Of a stretch of DNA of 31,791 nt, positions 10,950 through 22,800 are shown one piece after another. The stretch's first letter is position 1, and the number at the start of each line of letters is the position of its first letter. The notes under the pieces were generated by a model. The model was given only the letters and a program-made list of their open reading frames with translations. It did no database searches and was not told the origin of the DNA. This stretch comes from Azolla caroliniana. Taxonomy: Eukaryota; Plantae; Polypodiophyta. A program made the translations under genes and the position numbers. The stretch spans positions 1 to 31,791 of the forward strand of contig JBHGNT010000360.1 of assembly GCA_043228905.1 (NCBI GenBank). Reading direction: 5' to 3'.

Positions 10950-13440
10950 ATTTCATCAAATTTCAAGAATTTATAACATATTTACCAAGCACTTCATTTA
11001 AACTATTCGGGTCTTTATGTACATGTAGCTACTCTCCTTGACCAAACTTTCTCCCTCTATTATTCCCACAAGATTTGTGAACAAGACTAACATTTCCTTA
11101 AGTTGTAGACTAGTTTCTTTGACTTATCTTGTGTTGAGTTCATTGACAGTTTGGGTGCCAAGAGTGTTTTGATGATTATGTGCTTGGGCATTCCTCTACA
11201 GAGCTTGAGGACCCAACACTATTCAATTGCTCCGATCTCTGTAATATTGTTGTCTTCCTTAATCAAAGGTTCGATAACTTTCAAGAAAGTCATCAATTTA
11301 GAAGCTTCGTACCCTTGGGTTTGAACCTTGTGGTCCACCCATATGTATTCACCATTCATCATACTTGTAAAACACTTTTCTATCATTTCCTTAAGTTGCG
11401 GACTAGTTTCTTTGACTTATCTTGTGTTGAGTTGATCGATAGTTTGGGTGCCAAGAGTGTTTTGATGATTATATGCTTGGGCATTCCTCTACAGAGCTTG
11501 AGGACCAACCACTATTCAGTTGCTTCGATCTCTGTAATATTGTTGTCTTCCTTAATCAAAGGTTTGATAACTTTCAAGAAAGTCATCAATGTAGAAGCTT
11601 CGTACCCTTGGGTTTGAACCTTGTGGTCCACCCATATGTATTCACCATTCATCATACTTGTAAAACACTTTTCTATCATTTCCTTAAGTTGCGGATTAGT
11701 TTCTTTGACTTATCTTGTGTTGAGTTGATCGATAGTTTGGGTGCCAAGAGTGTTTTGATGATTATATGCTTGGGCATTCCTCTACAGAGCTTGAGGACCC
11801 AACACTTTTCAATTGCTCCGATCTCTGTAATATTGTTGTCTTCCTTAATCAAAGGTTCGATAACTTTCACGAAAGTCATCAATGTAGAAGCTTCGTACCC
11901 TTGGGTTTGAACCTTGTGGTCCACCCATATGTATTCACCATTCATCATACTTGTAAAACACTTTTCTATCATTTCCTTAAGTTGCGGACTAGTTTCTTTG
12001 ACTTATCTTGTGTTGAGTTGATCGATAGTTTGGGTGCCAAGAGTGTTTTGATGATTATGTGCTTGGGCATTCATCTACAGAGCTTGAGGACCCAACACTA
12101 TTCAGTTGCTCTGATCTCTATAATATTGTTGTCTTCCTTAATCAAATGTTCGATAACTTTCAAGAAAGTCATCAATGTAGAAACTTCGTCCCTTGGGTTT
12201 GAACCTTGTGGTCCACCCATATGTATTGACCATTCATCATACTTGTAAAACACTTTTCTATCAAAAGTTAGTTCAACTTTCTTTTCTTCCCCTTTTGCCA
12301 AGTTCATGATGAATGTAGGTTCATATTCAATTTAATCTAAATCCTCATTCGTGGGGGATTCCATACTTAAGTGATACAATCAATTGTGACAATGCCATCA
12401 AATACCAAGAACATGAAGCAATACACTTGCAAATGAACTCATCTTCAGTTTTCATTTATCTTACTCCAACCTTCTTTCCTTGGGTACTAACCTTTATCCA
12501 CTTGATAAATGACACCTTAAGTTTCTCATCTTCTATCCTTTACTTTGGTGTGCCTAATGATTGTCAAGGTTTAAGTCATGGTTTAAATGGGTTTCTAATA
12601 TGATTTCACAAAATTGTCCAGAATGGATTGATGTGTTGAATGAATGTCAACACCAAATTGATTATGCGCATCACATCCTCTATGCTTTCATATCCATCAT
12701 GTTGGGATGGATAAGGACAATCAACCTTTTTGGATCCTTAGTTTTTATTAGCATGCATTACATTTATAGATGATTTGTGAGAATTGTTTGAGCAAATGTC
12801 TTCACCATTGGGAATTTGCTAACACATAACTATCATAAATGAAATTAATAATTTTTAATATTATATCCTATGGCTCAAATCGGTTTCAACTTTCTACCCA
12901 CATGTTGTGAAAAAGCCATAAAGATTTGTTTTGTGAAAGAATAAAACTGAACATGTACCAATAGTGCCATTGGCAAAGACTTACGCATGTCTATTGATTT
13001 CTCGCAAAATTCAAAACAATGATGAAGTGGTTAGAAGACTACATCTAGTAGAGTTGTCATATCAAATACTTTGTGCAAAAACTAATAATAATATATCAAA
13101 TACATTCTATCCCTCTGACGTCACATTTCCGTATGTTGAGTAGATAAGATGTAAATCCATGTTTATCTTGATGCAACCAAGTCCATGGATCAAACTTAAG
13201 AACTTCCAAAGCTAATTGTTTCCAAGCATTTGGCTCAAGGGCATTTACAATCAAGTGTTGAAAGTACAAGTTGATGCATCAATATACATATTGAAGTCAC
13301 CCATGAGCAATGTTGAATGGCCCATTCATAACCATTGGTGAAGGGAAGACATAACTCAATAATTAATACATTGAGTAGCATTGTGATAGGCATAAATGCT
13401 TGCAAAAAATAAAGCCTCATCTAACTAAGCGATTTCTACA
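10950..13440 (-). mobile_element. Highly degenerate LINE ORF2 relic (APE endonuclease plus RT fragments)
   Basis: Minus-strand frames give LFFASIYAY...LLMGDFNM (about 13400-13290), FDPWTWLHQDKHGFT, RDRMYL and SSNHF, matching the LINE endonuclease motifs IYAP / GDFN / FT / RLDR / SDH in the right order. Weaker matches follow: FDGIVTID (PGxDG-like, ~12400) and FYIDD inside the tandem unit. Many stops and frameshifts; boundaries approximate. Confidence 0.62.
11091..12263. repeat. Tandem array, 4 x 293-bp units
   Basis: Units start catttccttaagttg at 11091, 11384, 11677 and 11970. Copies differ by scattered substitutions, and unit 4 has a 1-bp deletion. The 293-bp period matches the ORF track (11180/11473/11766). 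Confidence 0.97.
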
Positions 13441-13785
13441 ACAAAAAATCAACCATAGGGATCATTGTGCACAACAGTGGACAAAAGTTGTCATGCACTA
13501 TCATTACCACACGTGAATAATGATGAGAAAGTTGTGTTGCATAAAATAAAGAATAACCATGCAAGTGGATTATGGTGTCATGGCACATATGTTTAATGAC
13601 ACACAATGTATTCCATTCTCTACTTAAGATAGTTCCCTTGGTATATATATCTTATTTGGGGGCCATGACACACAACTCTTAAATTCCATGACCATTTCCA
13701 TGCAATTAGCGTAATTTAAGTGTTTGTTCTTGTAGAGGCAACTAATTGTATAAAATTATTGAATGTGTTTTTCAAGGATGCATAA

Positions 13786-16170
13786 GGGAAGCAGTAGCCC
13801 TTGCCAAGTGTACCAACAACAAGGTAGCGGTGGTGCTACTAGATTTTGAGAAAGCATATGACAGGGTTTGCTGGAAGTTTCTTGAAAGTGTGATGGGGAA
13901 ACTCGGCTTTCAAGAGACATGGATCAAAGGGATTGCAGTACTTTATAGGAACAACAACAGTTGCATTTCACTGGCAGGTGAAAGGGGTCCCTTTTTCCGA
14001 ATATCCCGATCTATACGACAAGGATGCCCACTAGCTCCATCCTTATTTCTATTATACGCCGAAGCACTCTCTTGCTTTCTCAACTTGCGGCATCTCAACC
14101 TATGTCGTCTTCTCGTGCCTCATTCTCATCGAAGCATCCTAGATATAGAATTTGCAGATGACACAGCGGTCTACCTGCAAGGGGACTTAGAAAACCTAGA
14201 AAAGCTCGAAAGTGGGTTAGCTGTATTTTGCAAGAGATCCAATGCCATGATCAATTGGCACAAATCCTGTGCAATATGGCTTTCTCATGAAACACATCCT
14301 ACGTGGCACCCACATCTCGCTTTCAAAGGGATCAATCAAGGAGCGAGCACCAAATATTTGGGTTTCCAAATTGGTTTCAACATACCGCCGGAGACTATGA
14401 TTGCACCCGTTATCCATTCCATTCGACAAAAGTTGATACATTGGAGTTCGAAATAATTGTTGCTAGCGGGTCGCATCATAGTGGCAAACCAGGTACTATT
14501 TGCAACAACATAGTACAATCTATCATGTTGGACAATCTCCAAGGACAGTATACATGAGATTCAACGACTAGTACGCAACTACATTTGGTCTGGTAAGGAA
14601 GATCATGTAACTCGTGCCAAGGTGGCATGGCCTATACTCACAACACCTAAGTCGAGAGGGGGATTGGGTCTGGTTGATCCCCTCTCACAATCAAAATCCT
14701 TACTTGCCAAATTTGTGGTGCGAGGACTCCAACCAGGAAATGATTGTTGGAAAATGCTACTGTGGTTACATTTCGCTTACTTTAGGCCACGAAAAGGGGT
14801 TAATTGGGCCCCCCAAACGGGATGGATTCTAAATATGGATCTCAAACCTAGTTTCTCCCGCCAATTGGAGGATAGATTCAGTGCATCCATGTGGAAGGCA
14901 TGGTGTGACATTAGACGACGGCTCAAGTGCGATCAACCGAGTCTGAACTTGCCTGGCTCAGTCAACATATCCTATAGAACCCATGTATCAAGGATGAATC
15001 TAATCAACTACTTGGATCAAGTAAGGGGTTGTCATGGGGATACATTGCAGAAGGTCCGGGAAAAAGTATAGAATGTTGGAGAGAGTTTATGTCACTGCCA
15101 CTACAAGATCAAGCCAACATACTCCATGGCATTAGGGGTGGATGGACTATGAGATAGGAAATCAATAACGCTCTACTGATTAGGGAAGCCACTACTCATA
15201 GGACGACAATGGAGAAATGGATAGGATACGAGGAGGAGGGATCTTTGATCCGGAGAGGTAGGGGATCACCAGACAAGATCAAAGGCTCTGAATTGCGAGA
15301 CACTGAGACACCAACACAGAATAACACAATTTGAGTACTCGCGTATACTGGTCATAAATGGATTGTAGATCCTGATCCGATCAAAGTACAACCCGATTGG
15401 CACATATGTACTCATGAAAACACATGGCTATGTAAGGTCAGTTGGGACCCTTTGCAATGGACATGGCGTGATCCTTATGCGGAGCAAGGAAGCAAACCCA
15501 TCCCTTTCTTCCAATTCACAACTAGATTGGGTCACCACATCCTAGCTACTCAAATTGCCTGAGAGCCGGCTACTGCAAAGGTCTGGCACACATATCAAGT
15601 TCCTCACACAATTATCACCAAGTTTTGGCAGAAAATCTGGAAACAACAACACGCAAGGTGAATTACCACGTTCCAATGGCAATTAATACATAAATCACTA
15701 TCCGAGTTGGCAGATACGAGCATCAAGAGGGGGGGATGACTTTGGTGATAAAATCACAAGAGGTTTTTTCTCCACCATCGGCAATGTCCACTCAACTCCT
15801 CTTAATGACAAATCTCAAGTTGTGTTGGAATTGGTCACCCCAATAACTCTTTGGATTCTATGGAAACAACAGTGTAGACGGGTCTTCTCCAACCAAATCG
15901 CGCATCCAACAATGTTACTACAAGAGATATGGAGTGAAATTGTAGCCACTCTAAAGAGCCAATATGATGGCCTCAAGGGCAGCTCCGATGGAGTTAAAAG
16001 ACAACGAGTAGCCTTCATCCAACAATGGTTGTCCTCTCCCTTTCTTGAGTCAGTGGGCATCCACATAAGATGGAACTATCACATCCCTACAGGGATTTGT
16101 ATATAATCATCTCATTTGTAAAATTTTATAACTAATGGAAGGAGTTTTTTTTTGGAAAAAAGAAGAAGAA
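13786..16170 (+). mobile_element. 5'-truncated, decayed L1/Tx1-like LINE (RT plus C-terminal region)
   Basis: RT motifs VLLDFEKAYDRVCW, SIRQGCPLAPSLF, EFADDT and KYLGF. These are followed by VAWPILTTPKSRGGLGL, FWQKIWK...FQWQLIHKSL (zf-RVT-like) and LWILWKQQCRRVFS. ORF ends at 16106; A-rich tail at about 16156-16170. Premature stops (e.g. 14454) and frameshifts; no TSD found. Confidence 0.92.
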
Positions 16171-16207
16171 GGTTTTGAATGACGACCAATCAAGCATTTG
16201 CATAAGG

Positions 16208-16916
16208 ATCCTTGACAAAGATAATCTTGAAACAATGCATTACTCCTTCAAGTGCAATTTGATCCTTTAGGTCGGGTTGTACATTCACCCATTTCTCAAG
16301 GATCTTACATTTGAGGGCCCAAACATAAGGTCTCAATACTTGCATGGAAATCTTTATGGCAAGGCCCTCCAATGTGAGACCCTTGAGCATTAGGCAATCG
16401 TACAACCCGACCCAAAAAATAAAATTGCCATTAAAGGTAACAATCGGCAACGGTTCGGTTCGAGAGGGTCAAAACCGAACCATTAAAAATTTTAGAAACC
16501 TGAACCGAACCGAACCACAAAACTGTTAAACCAAACCATTAGAAAATTTTCAAACTGTTAAGCCATTAAACTGGTAAAACTGCGGTTTTGTGGTTCGGTT
16601 CCATTTTCAACTTGGGTCAAATTTTAAATTTTAAAATATTTCATTATTTAAATTTTCAAAAGTTTAAATATTTTCCTAAAATGTGAGAATGAGGCATTAA
16701 AATGGAAAGATTGTTTAAAAACTTTTTTTTACAATTTTTTTAAAATAAAATTAAAAATAAAAAACCGTTAAACCGTTTAAAAACCGAACCTTTAAACATA
16801 AACCCGAACCATTTAAACCGTTATGCCACGGTTTCGTGGTTCGGTTCAAACCGAACCATTGCCAATTGTTAATTAAAGGGGCAACCCACTATTTCAAGAT
16901 TATCTATCTCAAGGAT
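16208..16916. mobile_element. Older foldback (palindromic MITE-like) element of about 270 bp, interrupted by the hAT MITE
   Basis: With the hAT insert removed, the arms pair along their length: atccttgacaaagataatcttgaaa / tttcaagattatctatctcaaggat; gtcgggttgta / tacaacccgac; ctcaaggatcttacatttgagggcc / ggccctccaatgtgagacccttgag. Centre at about 16340. Confidence 0.78.
16438..16871. mobile_element. Non-autonomous hAT-type element (MITE), 434 bp
   Basis: 26-bp TIRs taacaatcggcaacggttcggttcga / tcaaaccgaaccattgccaattgtta (3 mismatches). Perfect 8-bp TSD ATTAAAGG (16430-16437 and 16872-16879). About 14 subterminal AACCG/CGGTT motifs; AT-rich core. Confidence 0.93.
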
Positions 16917-19336
16917 TATTCTTGGGATCCTCCCTCAATCTTGAATCTCTTTTCAAGAGTGACTATTAGTACCTACCTCCTTACTTTCCTTGCACATCAT
17001 GTCACTATTTCTCCTCAAAGTTATTCTCTTTTGGCATGATAGCTAGTTGTTTTTCATTATTAGGACCGTGACTTCAAGTTTGATTATCATTGCTATACAT
17101 ACCTTAGATTTTCCTTTACTCATGAATCATAAACACGTCAACAATTGACAATCCAACATTTGCCCCCCATTTTCTTCCTTCCTTCCTAGCCTCGTCAATA
17201 AGGACCTCCATTGATGGGAGGTACATGTTGGTATTCAACCATTAGTGTCCCCATTTACCACATTCAAAACAATGACCTACAAATGTCTCCACTTCAATTT
17301 AAAACAATGTTATTTCATTCCAAGTGTATTCATATGCAATCTTACGATTTCTGTCATGTATCATGTGAAATTAACGTTTATTTGATGAATTGGCTTACGA
17401 TGTCATGAGAATTATGCCCTTGTATGTGAATGTTGAACACGAGAAGATGGCTTTGTTGATGACACTAGTGATGAAGGGTTGGGGTTATGGATTTCTCTTC
17501 TATCTTTGAAAAGTGGATATGCAGGTTATTTCTACATATATGTATATTAGGATACACAAAAAAGTTTATATGATCTTATGGCATCACACTTGTGTAAATG
17601 TACGAGAATAGATGTGAATGTGTTGTGAATGTGTGAAAGGGGAAAGAAGAAAATAGTGTAAAACCTAGATGTGGAGTGTCTGGGTGACTTTGGTCATTGG
17701 TTGTCGGTGTCAGGCTACATTCACATTAGTGGATTGCACATTCTTCTTTTCTTTTCTTCTCCGCTACTCCTTGTTCGCCAACAGAGAAGCACTTGAATTG
17801 GTATTTTGACCAAAGTTAAATGTTGTTTGGTCAAACAAATATGATGTTGCAAGTTTGAATCTTGCCATTTGTTAAATTTTGTTTCTTTGTAATTTCTTCC
17901 CTAGCACTCGAAATTTCAACCAAAAGCTTTTGTTGCATTCCTTGTGGAAACCATTAGATGATGGTACATTGATTGATCCAAATCCAACCTCCTACAAAAT
18001 TAAGGCACATTTGAGTGTAGTTTTTACTCTGACACATGCTTCATGCTTGTTTATTAACCTTTCACATTATGATCCAATTGCCAATTACATCTCTTACCTC
18101 GTGAGTCATGTGTTTACATTGTTTAAAAAAATCCTTTTCTCACTATTTCTTCAATACTCGGTAGTCCTAATCTATTGTGCAATTGTGTGTAGGGTAGGAG
18201 TCCCTCTTTGAAATCTTTGGAGGTGTCTAAGCTTCTAATTTAGCAATATAACCCAATGGTTGCGCCCTATACTAGTATTGAGGTTATCGGTTTGCCCTTA
18301 GGCATGTGTTGGTTTAGTTAGAGTATCCAAAATCAACTATGCTTAAGAAACTGAAATTAGGTTGCAACTTTGTGCCACCCTTGACTCCTTGTTAATGACT
18401 TTTGGAAGTGCTACATGGCATGAGTACGTTTATTATATCCTTTTGTTATAATCCCATGCACACTAACAACTACTTAAGTTTCTTTCGCCCGTGTGCAGTG
18501 ATTTGTTTGGGAGGTGTGGGGCTAACGTCCATTGATGGTTAAGAATGTGAGTCTTGCTTTAGGACCCATTGTGATTTTGGCGTTTTTTTGGGCCATGATG
18601 TTTTGGTAATGACCTTAGACCTTACATATTTTGACAGTTGAACAAACAAGATTTCAATTTCTTTCTCAACAACCTTGGGCTCCTCAAGGACATCTAGAAG
18701 TTTGGTTTCTAAGGTGATGTGTTCTATGACCATGTCAATATATTCCAATGTGTTAGTTGAGAAAGCATTAGCATGATGACCTACATTCAAGTATAGCTCT
18801 CTTTGTAACCTTGTTGTCAACCACCCTTGCATAGGTTTTGTTTCTATTCTGAACTCTTTGTCAAATTGTATTCCTTTATTTTCATTTTCTATGATGGGCC
18901 TAAAAACTGAATAGGTCACAGGGCTTCCCAACTAACATATTATGTCTCTACTTTTTTTGAAATATTTGTATAAAGCCTTCTCATGAAAGGCATCATGTGT
19001 TGGGTTAAGGAAAATCCTTCACATTAAGCGTTCATGAGAAATCCTTCGCAGGAAACTGTCTTGAGAAATCCTTCACATCTAGTCTTCATGTGAAAGGTTT
19101 TATGTGTTAGCATTGAGAAAAGCCTTCATGTGGTGTGCATAACCATAACTAAGCATGAGATAGATTTTCCGCAATTTTCCCTAATCTTATGATAAGTGAT
19201 AGAAATTTCCAATTTTACAAGTCTATGATGGAACCTAGAAACTACCTTGAGCATGTGCACCACAAACCAACCTCGGTCTCATGGACTAATAGAACAAGTG
19301 TTCAAATCGATGAGGAATATGCTTTAACCTTATGGG

Positions 19337-19800
19337 TGTCGTGACTTGAGAATAGGAGAGAGAAAAATAAGAGGACAGTAGAAGGTAGAGGGAGAGAGAG
19401 AGAGAAAGAACACTAGAAATGGAAAGAGAGTTTATATTATAAGAGAACAAGGATTACAAAGAGTAGGCTAAGGGGCTACAAACTGCTGTTGAACCGAATG
19501 AGTTGTGATGAATGAATAGACACCTATTTATAGGTCCTTATGGAGTATTCTAGAATGTTCTAGAATATTTTAGATATTTATGATATTTAATATAATCATG
19601 GAATATCCTAGAATGTTCTAGAATACTCTAGGTTGTTCTGGAATACTCTAGAATGTTCTAGAATACTCTAAATGTCTTGTAATAACTAATAATACATTTA
19701 TTATAACTATACATCATATATGTTAGTATAATGGTTAAAGGTTTAACATATAGACCAAGACGTCTTGGGCTTGAATCCTTGTAAGGCCAAAATGTATGTC
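19337..19800 (-). repeat. 3' LTR, truncated at its inner end
   Basis: Matches the 5' LTR with about 9 substitutions counted by eye, one 20-bp indel and a shorter GA run. Lacks the terminal bases present at 25195-25203 and abuts chromodomain coding sequence directly. Confidence 0.95.
19546..19670 (-). promoter_or_regulatory. Heat-shock element arrays in U3 of the 3' LTR
   Basis: Same arrays as the 5' LTR, with two additional 10-bp units (distal array 19600-19670). Confidence 0.72.
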
Positions 19801-22800
19801 ATGCAGCAACCATTTCGAAGGCATTAGCAAGATTCTCAAGAGGTTCCCATGTTCGATCATTAGGTGTATAACCTAACCAGTCAACCAAATAATACAGTTT
19901 GTTGTGAACGATCTTGGAGTCAAGAATGGCAACAACTTCATATTTGGAGCCATTCGAAACTTCAATTGGAGGTGGGGGAGATGTAAGACGGCCTGGAATA
20001 GAGCTAGTTGTGTACGGCTCCAAAAGTGAAACATGGAAGACCGGGTGAAGATGCATATGAGGGGGAAGATCAAGGCGAAATGCTACATCATTGATCTTAC
20101 CAGATATCACATATGGGCCAAAACGTTGATAATCCAATTTGCAACAAGGTCGGGTTGTTTTAATGCGACCTTGTAAAAGCCATACTCAATCCCCCACTTG
20201 AAACGTAGTCGATGAAACACATCGATGACGGTCGGCAACCTTCTTTTGAGTGTTTTGAGCATCACATAAATGGTGCAAAAGGATATCTTGAACTTCTTGG
20301 AGTTGGGTGAGCCGATCTTCAACAGCCAGGTTTGTTGGGAGTTCGAGATGTTCAAGCATAGTCCAACGAGGATGGTACCCAATGTTTGCAAAAAATGGGG
20401 AATATCCAGTAGAAGAATGTTCTGAGTTGTTGTAAGCAAATTCCGCCAAATGTAATAGATCAACCCAATCATCTTGTTGATAGTTGACAAAACAACGAAG
20501 ATATTGTTCTACTGTTTGGTTGGTGCGCTCACTCTGTCCGTTAGTTTCTGGATGGTAGCCGGAAGAGAGTTTGCAAGAAGTATGTAAGAGTTTGAACATG
20601 TGCCACCAAAATTTTGAGATGAACTGGGGACCCCGATCATTGATAATATCATTAGGAAGACCATGATGCCGAAACACCTCTCGCATGAGTAACTCGGCTG
20701 TCTCTTGGCTCGTAATGGCCTTTGTGCAGGGAAGAAAATGTGTCATCTTGGTAAAACGATCTACTACCGTGAGAATAGAATCAAAACCCTTGGAACGTGG
20801 TAGATCCGTAATGAACTCCAATGAAATAGATTTCCATGGACAAGCCATATGGATGATGTCGAGGTTTTTTGGATCGGCAACATGTATCACAACTACAAAC
20901 ATAATCCGTAACAAAATGGCGAAGTTGTGGCCACCAATACCTTCGAGAAATTAGCACCAAAGTCTTGTGGATTCCAAAATGTCCAGCCATTGGTGTATCA
21001 TGACATTGTTGCAAAACTTGGAGTCGAGAAGGACCATCAGACACATATAAGAGATTTTGTCGAAAAAGTAAACCATCATGCCAATTGAACTGGTTGTAGT
21101 CTTGACGAGGATTTTGAGATTGTGAACAAGAAGCACGATCTGGGATAATATGGTTCAGAATATCTTGGGCGAATTCATCAGTCTCAATATGCTCCCGAAT
21201 GGAGTCTAGAAGACTTGAATCCTCCGATGTGTCTATAGCATGAAAAGCCATTAGTTGAAGACGGTCAGGACCCAAGAGGATTTGCTTCTAACTTTCAAAT
21301 GCGGCCTCTCCTGGTTGAAGTTCCATATATGAACGCCGAGATAAAGCATCTGCTTTGCCGTGTTGCGTCCCAGGGCAATATAGAATTACGAAATCAAAAC
21401 AAGTTAAAAATTGTGCCCAACGAGCTTGTCGACGACTCAAGACTCGAGCACTTTGGAAGTACGTTAGATTTTTGTGATCATTATAGACAATGATTTGTTG
21501 AGACGAACCCTCCAAAAAATGACGCCATTGTTGAAAAGAATCCATAATGGCAAGAAGCTCTTTGTCGTGAATCTCATAGTTGATTTCTGCAGCTTCGAAT
21601 TTTTGTGAATGAAAAGCCACAGGGTGCAGTTGGCCATCATTGCTAATCTGTGATAATACGCTTCCTAGTGCGAAGTCAGATGCATCAACTTCCAGTATAA
21701 AGCGCTTCAATGGATCAACATGCATCAAAATTGGTACGGATGTAAATGCTTGCTTTAATCCTTCAAATGCAGAGTTTGCATTTATACTCCACACAAATGG
21801 TTGATTCTTTTGTGTCAATTGAGTGAGGGGCAATACGATCTTTGAATCATCTTTGATGAACTTGCAATAAAAGTTTGCGAACCCTAAAAAACATTGTACA
21901 TCTCGCATAGACTGTGGTGTTTGCCAATCCAAAACTGTTTGAACCTTTGCTGGATCCATAGAGATGTGATGCGAAGAGACTATGTACCCCAAAAATTCCA
22001 CTTGACGCTGGTCAAAACTACACTTCTCCAATTTTGCATAGAGACCATATTCACGCAACCGTTGCAAAGCTTGTCGAACGTGTATATCATGATCCTCTTG
22101 AGTTTTTGAGTAGATCAAGATATCATCTAAGTAAATTATGACGAAAATATCGAGGAAAACTTGAAAAATGTCATTCGCCATATGTTGGAAAACTGTTGGT
22201 GCATTCGTGAGATCAAATGGCATCACTGTATACTCAAAATGGCCATAGCGAGTACGAAAAGCAGTCTTCCATTCATCCCCAGGACGAATTCAAACAAGAT
22301 TGTAAGCACCTCGAAGATCTAACTTTGTGAAATACTTAGCTCCATTGAGGCGTTCCAGAAGGCTCGAAATCAGTGGTAGAGCATATCGGTTTCGAATAGT
22401 TACTTTATTCAATCCTTGATAATCCACGACCAGACAAAGTGAACCATCTTTCTTCTTAACGAAAAATATGGGTGCGTCGGCAGGAGATCTTGAATGTTGG
22501 ATAAACCTATTCGCCAAGTTCTCATCGATATATTCCCGAAGAACCTCTAACTCCGTGGGTGAAAGGTTATAAATTGGCCCCCATGGAGGATCTTTTCCGG
22601 GCTGCAAATCAGTCGGGCAATCATATGGTCGATGCTCTGGTAGTCTATTGGCCTTCACCTTATCAAAAACATCGGAGAATTCTATATATTTCTTCGGTAG
22701 TTGGACCCCCGATTCTTGTGAGCTCGATGTGGGAGTTGCTAAAACTGCGAACACCAACATGTCTTCCTTCCGTCCTTCCTCACATAATTGATGTATAGAG

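Noticed and set aside
11180-12248. Three near-identical 145-160 aa plus-strand ORFs as a tandem gene family
   Set aside because: They overlap each other, arise from the 293-bp period (not a multiple of 3), have no recognisable domain, and lie antisense to a LINE relic.
11091-12263. CRISPR-like array
   Set aside because: Units are contiguous with no unique spacers, the context is eukaryotic, and there are no cas genes. The same applies to 26594-26730 and 18970-19132.
13760-16210. Target-site duplication for the plus-strand LINE (tgcataagg at both sides)
   Set aside because: The 3' copy is about 30 bp beyond the A-rich tail and adjoins the foldback element; not a clean TSD.
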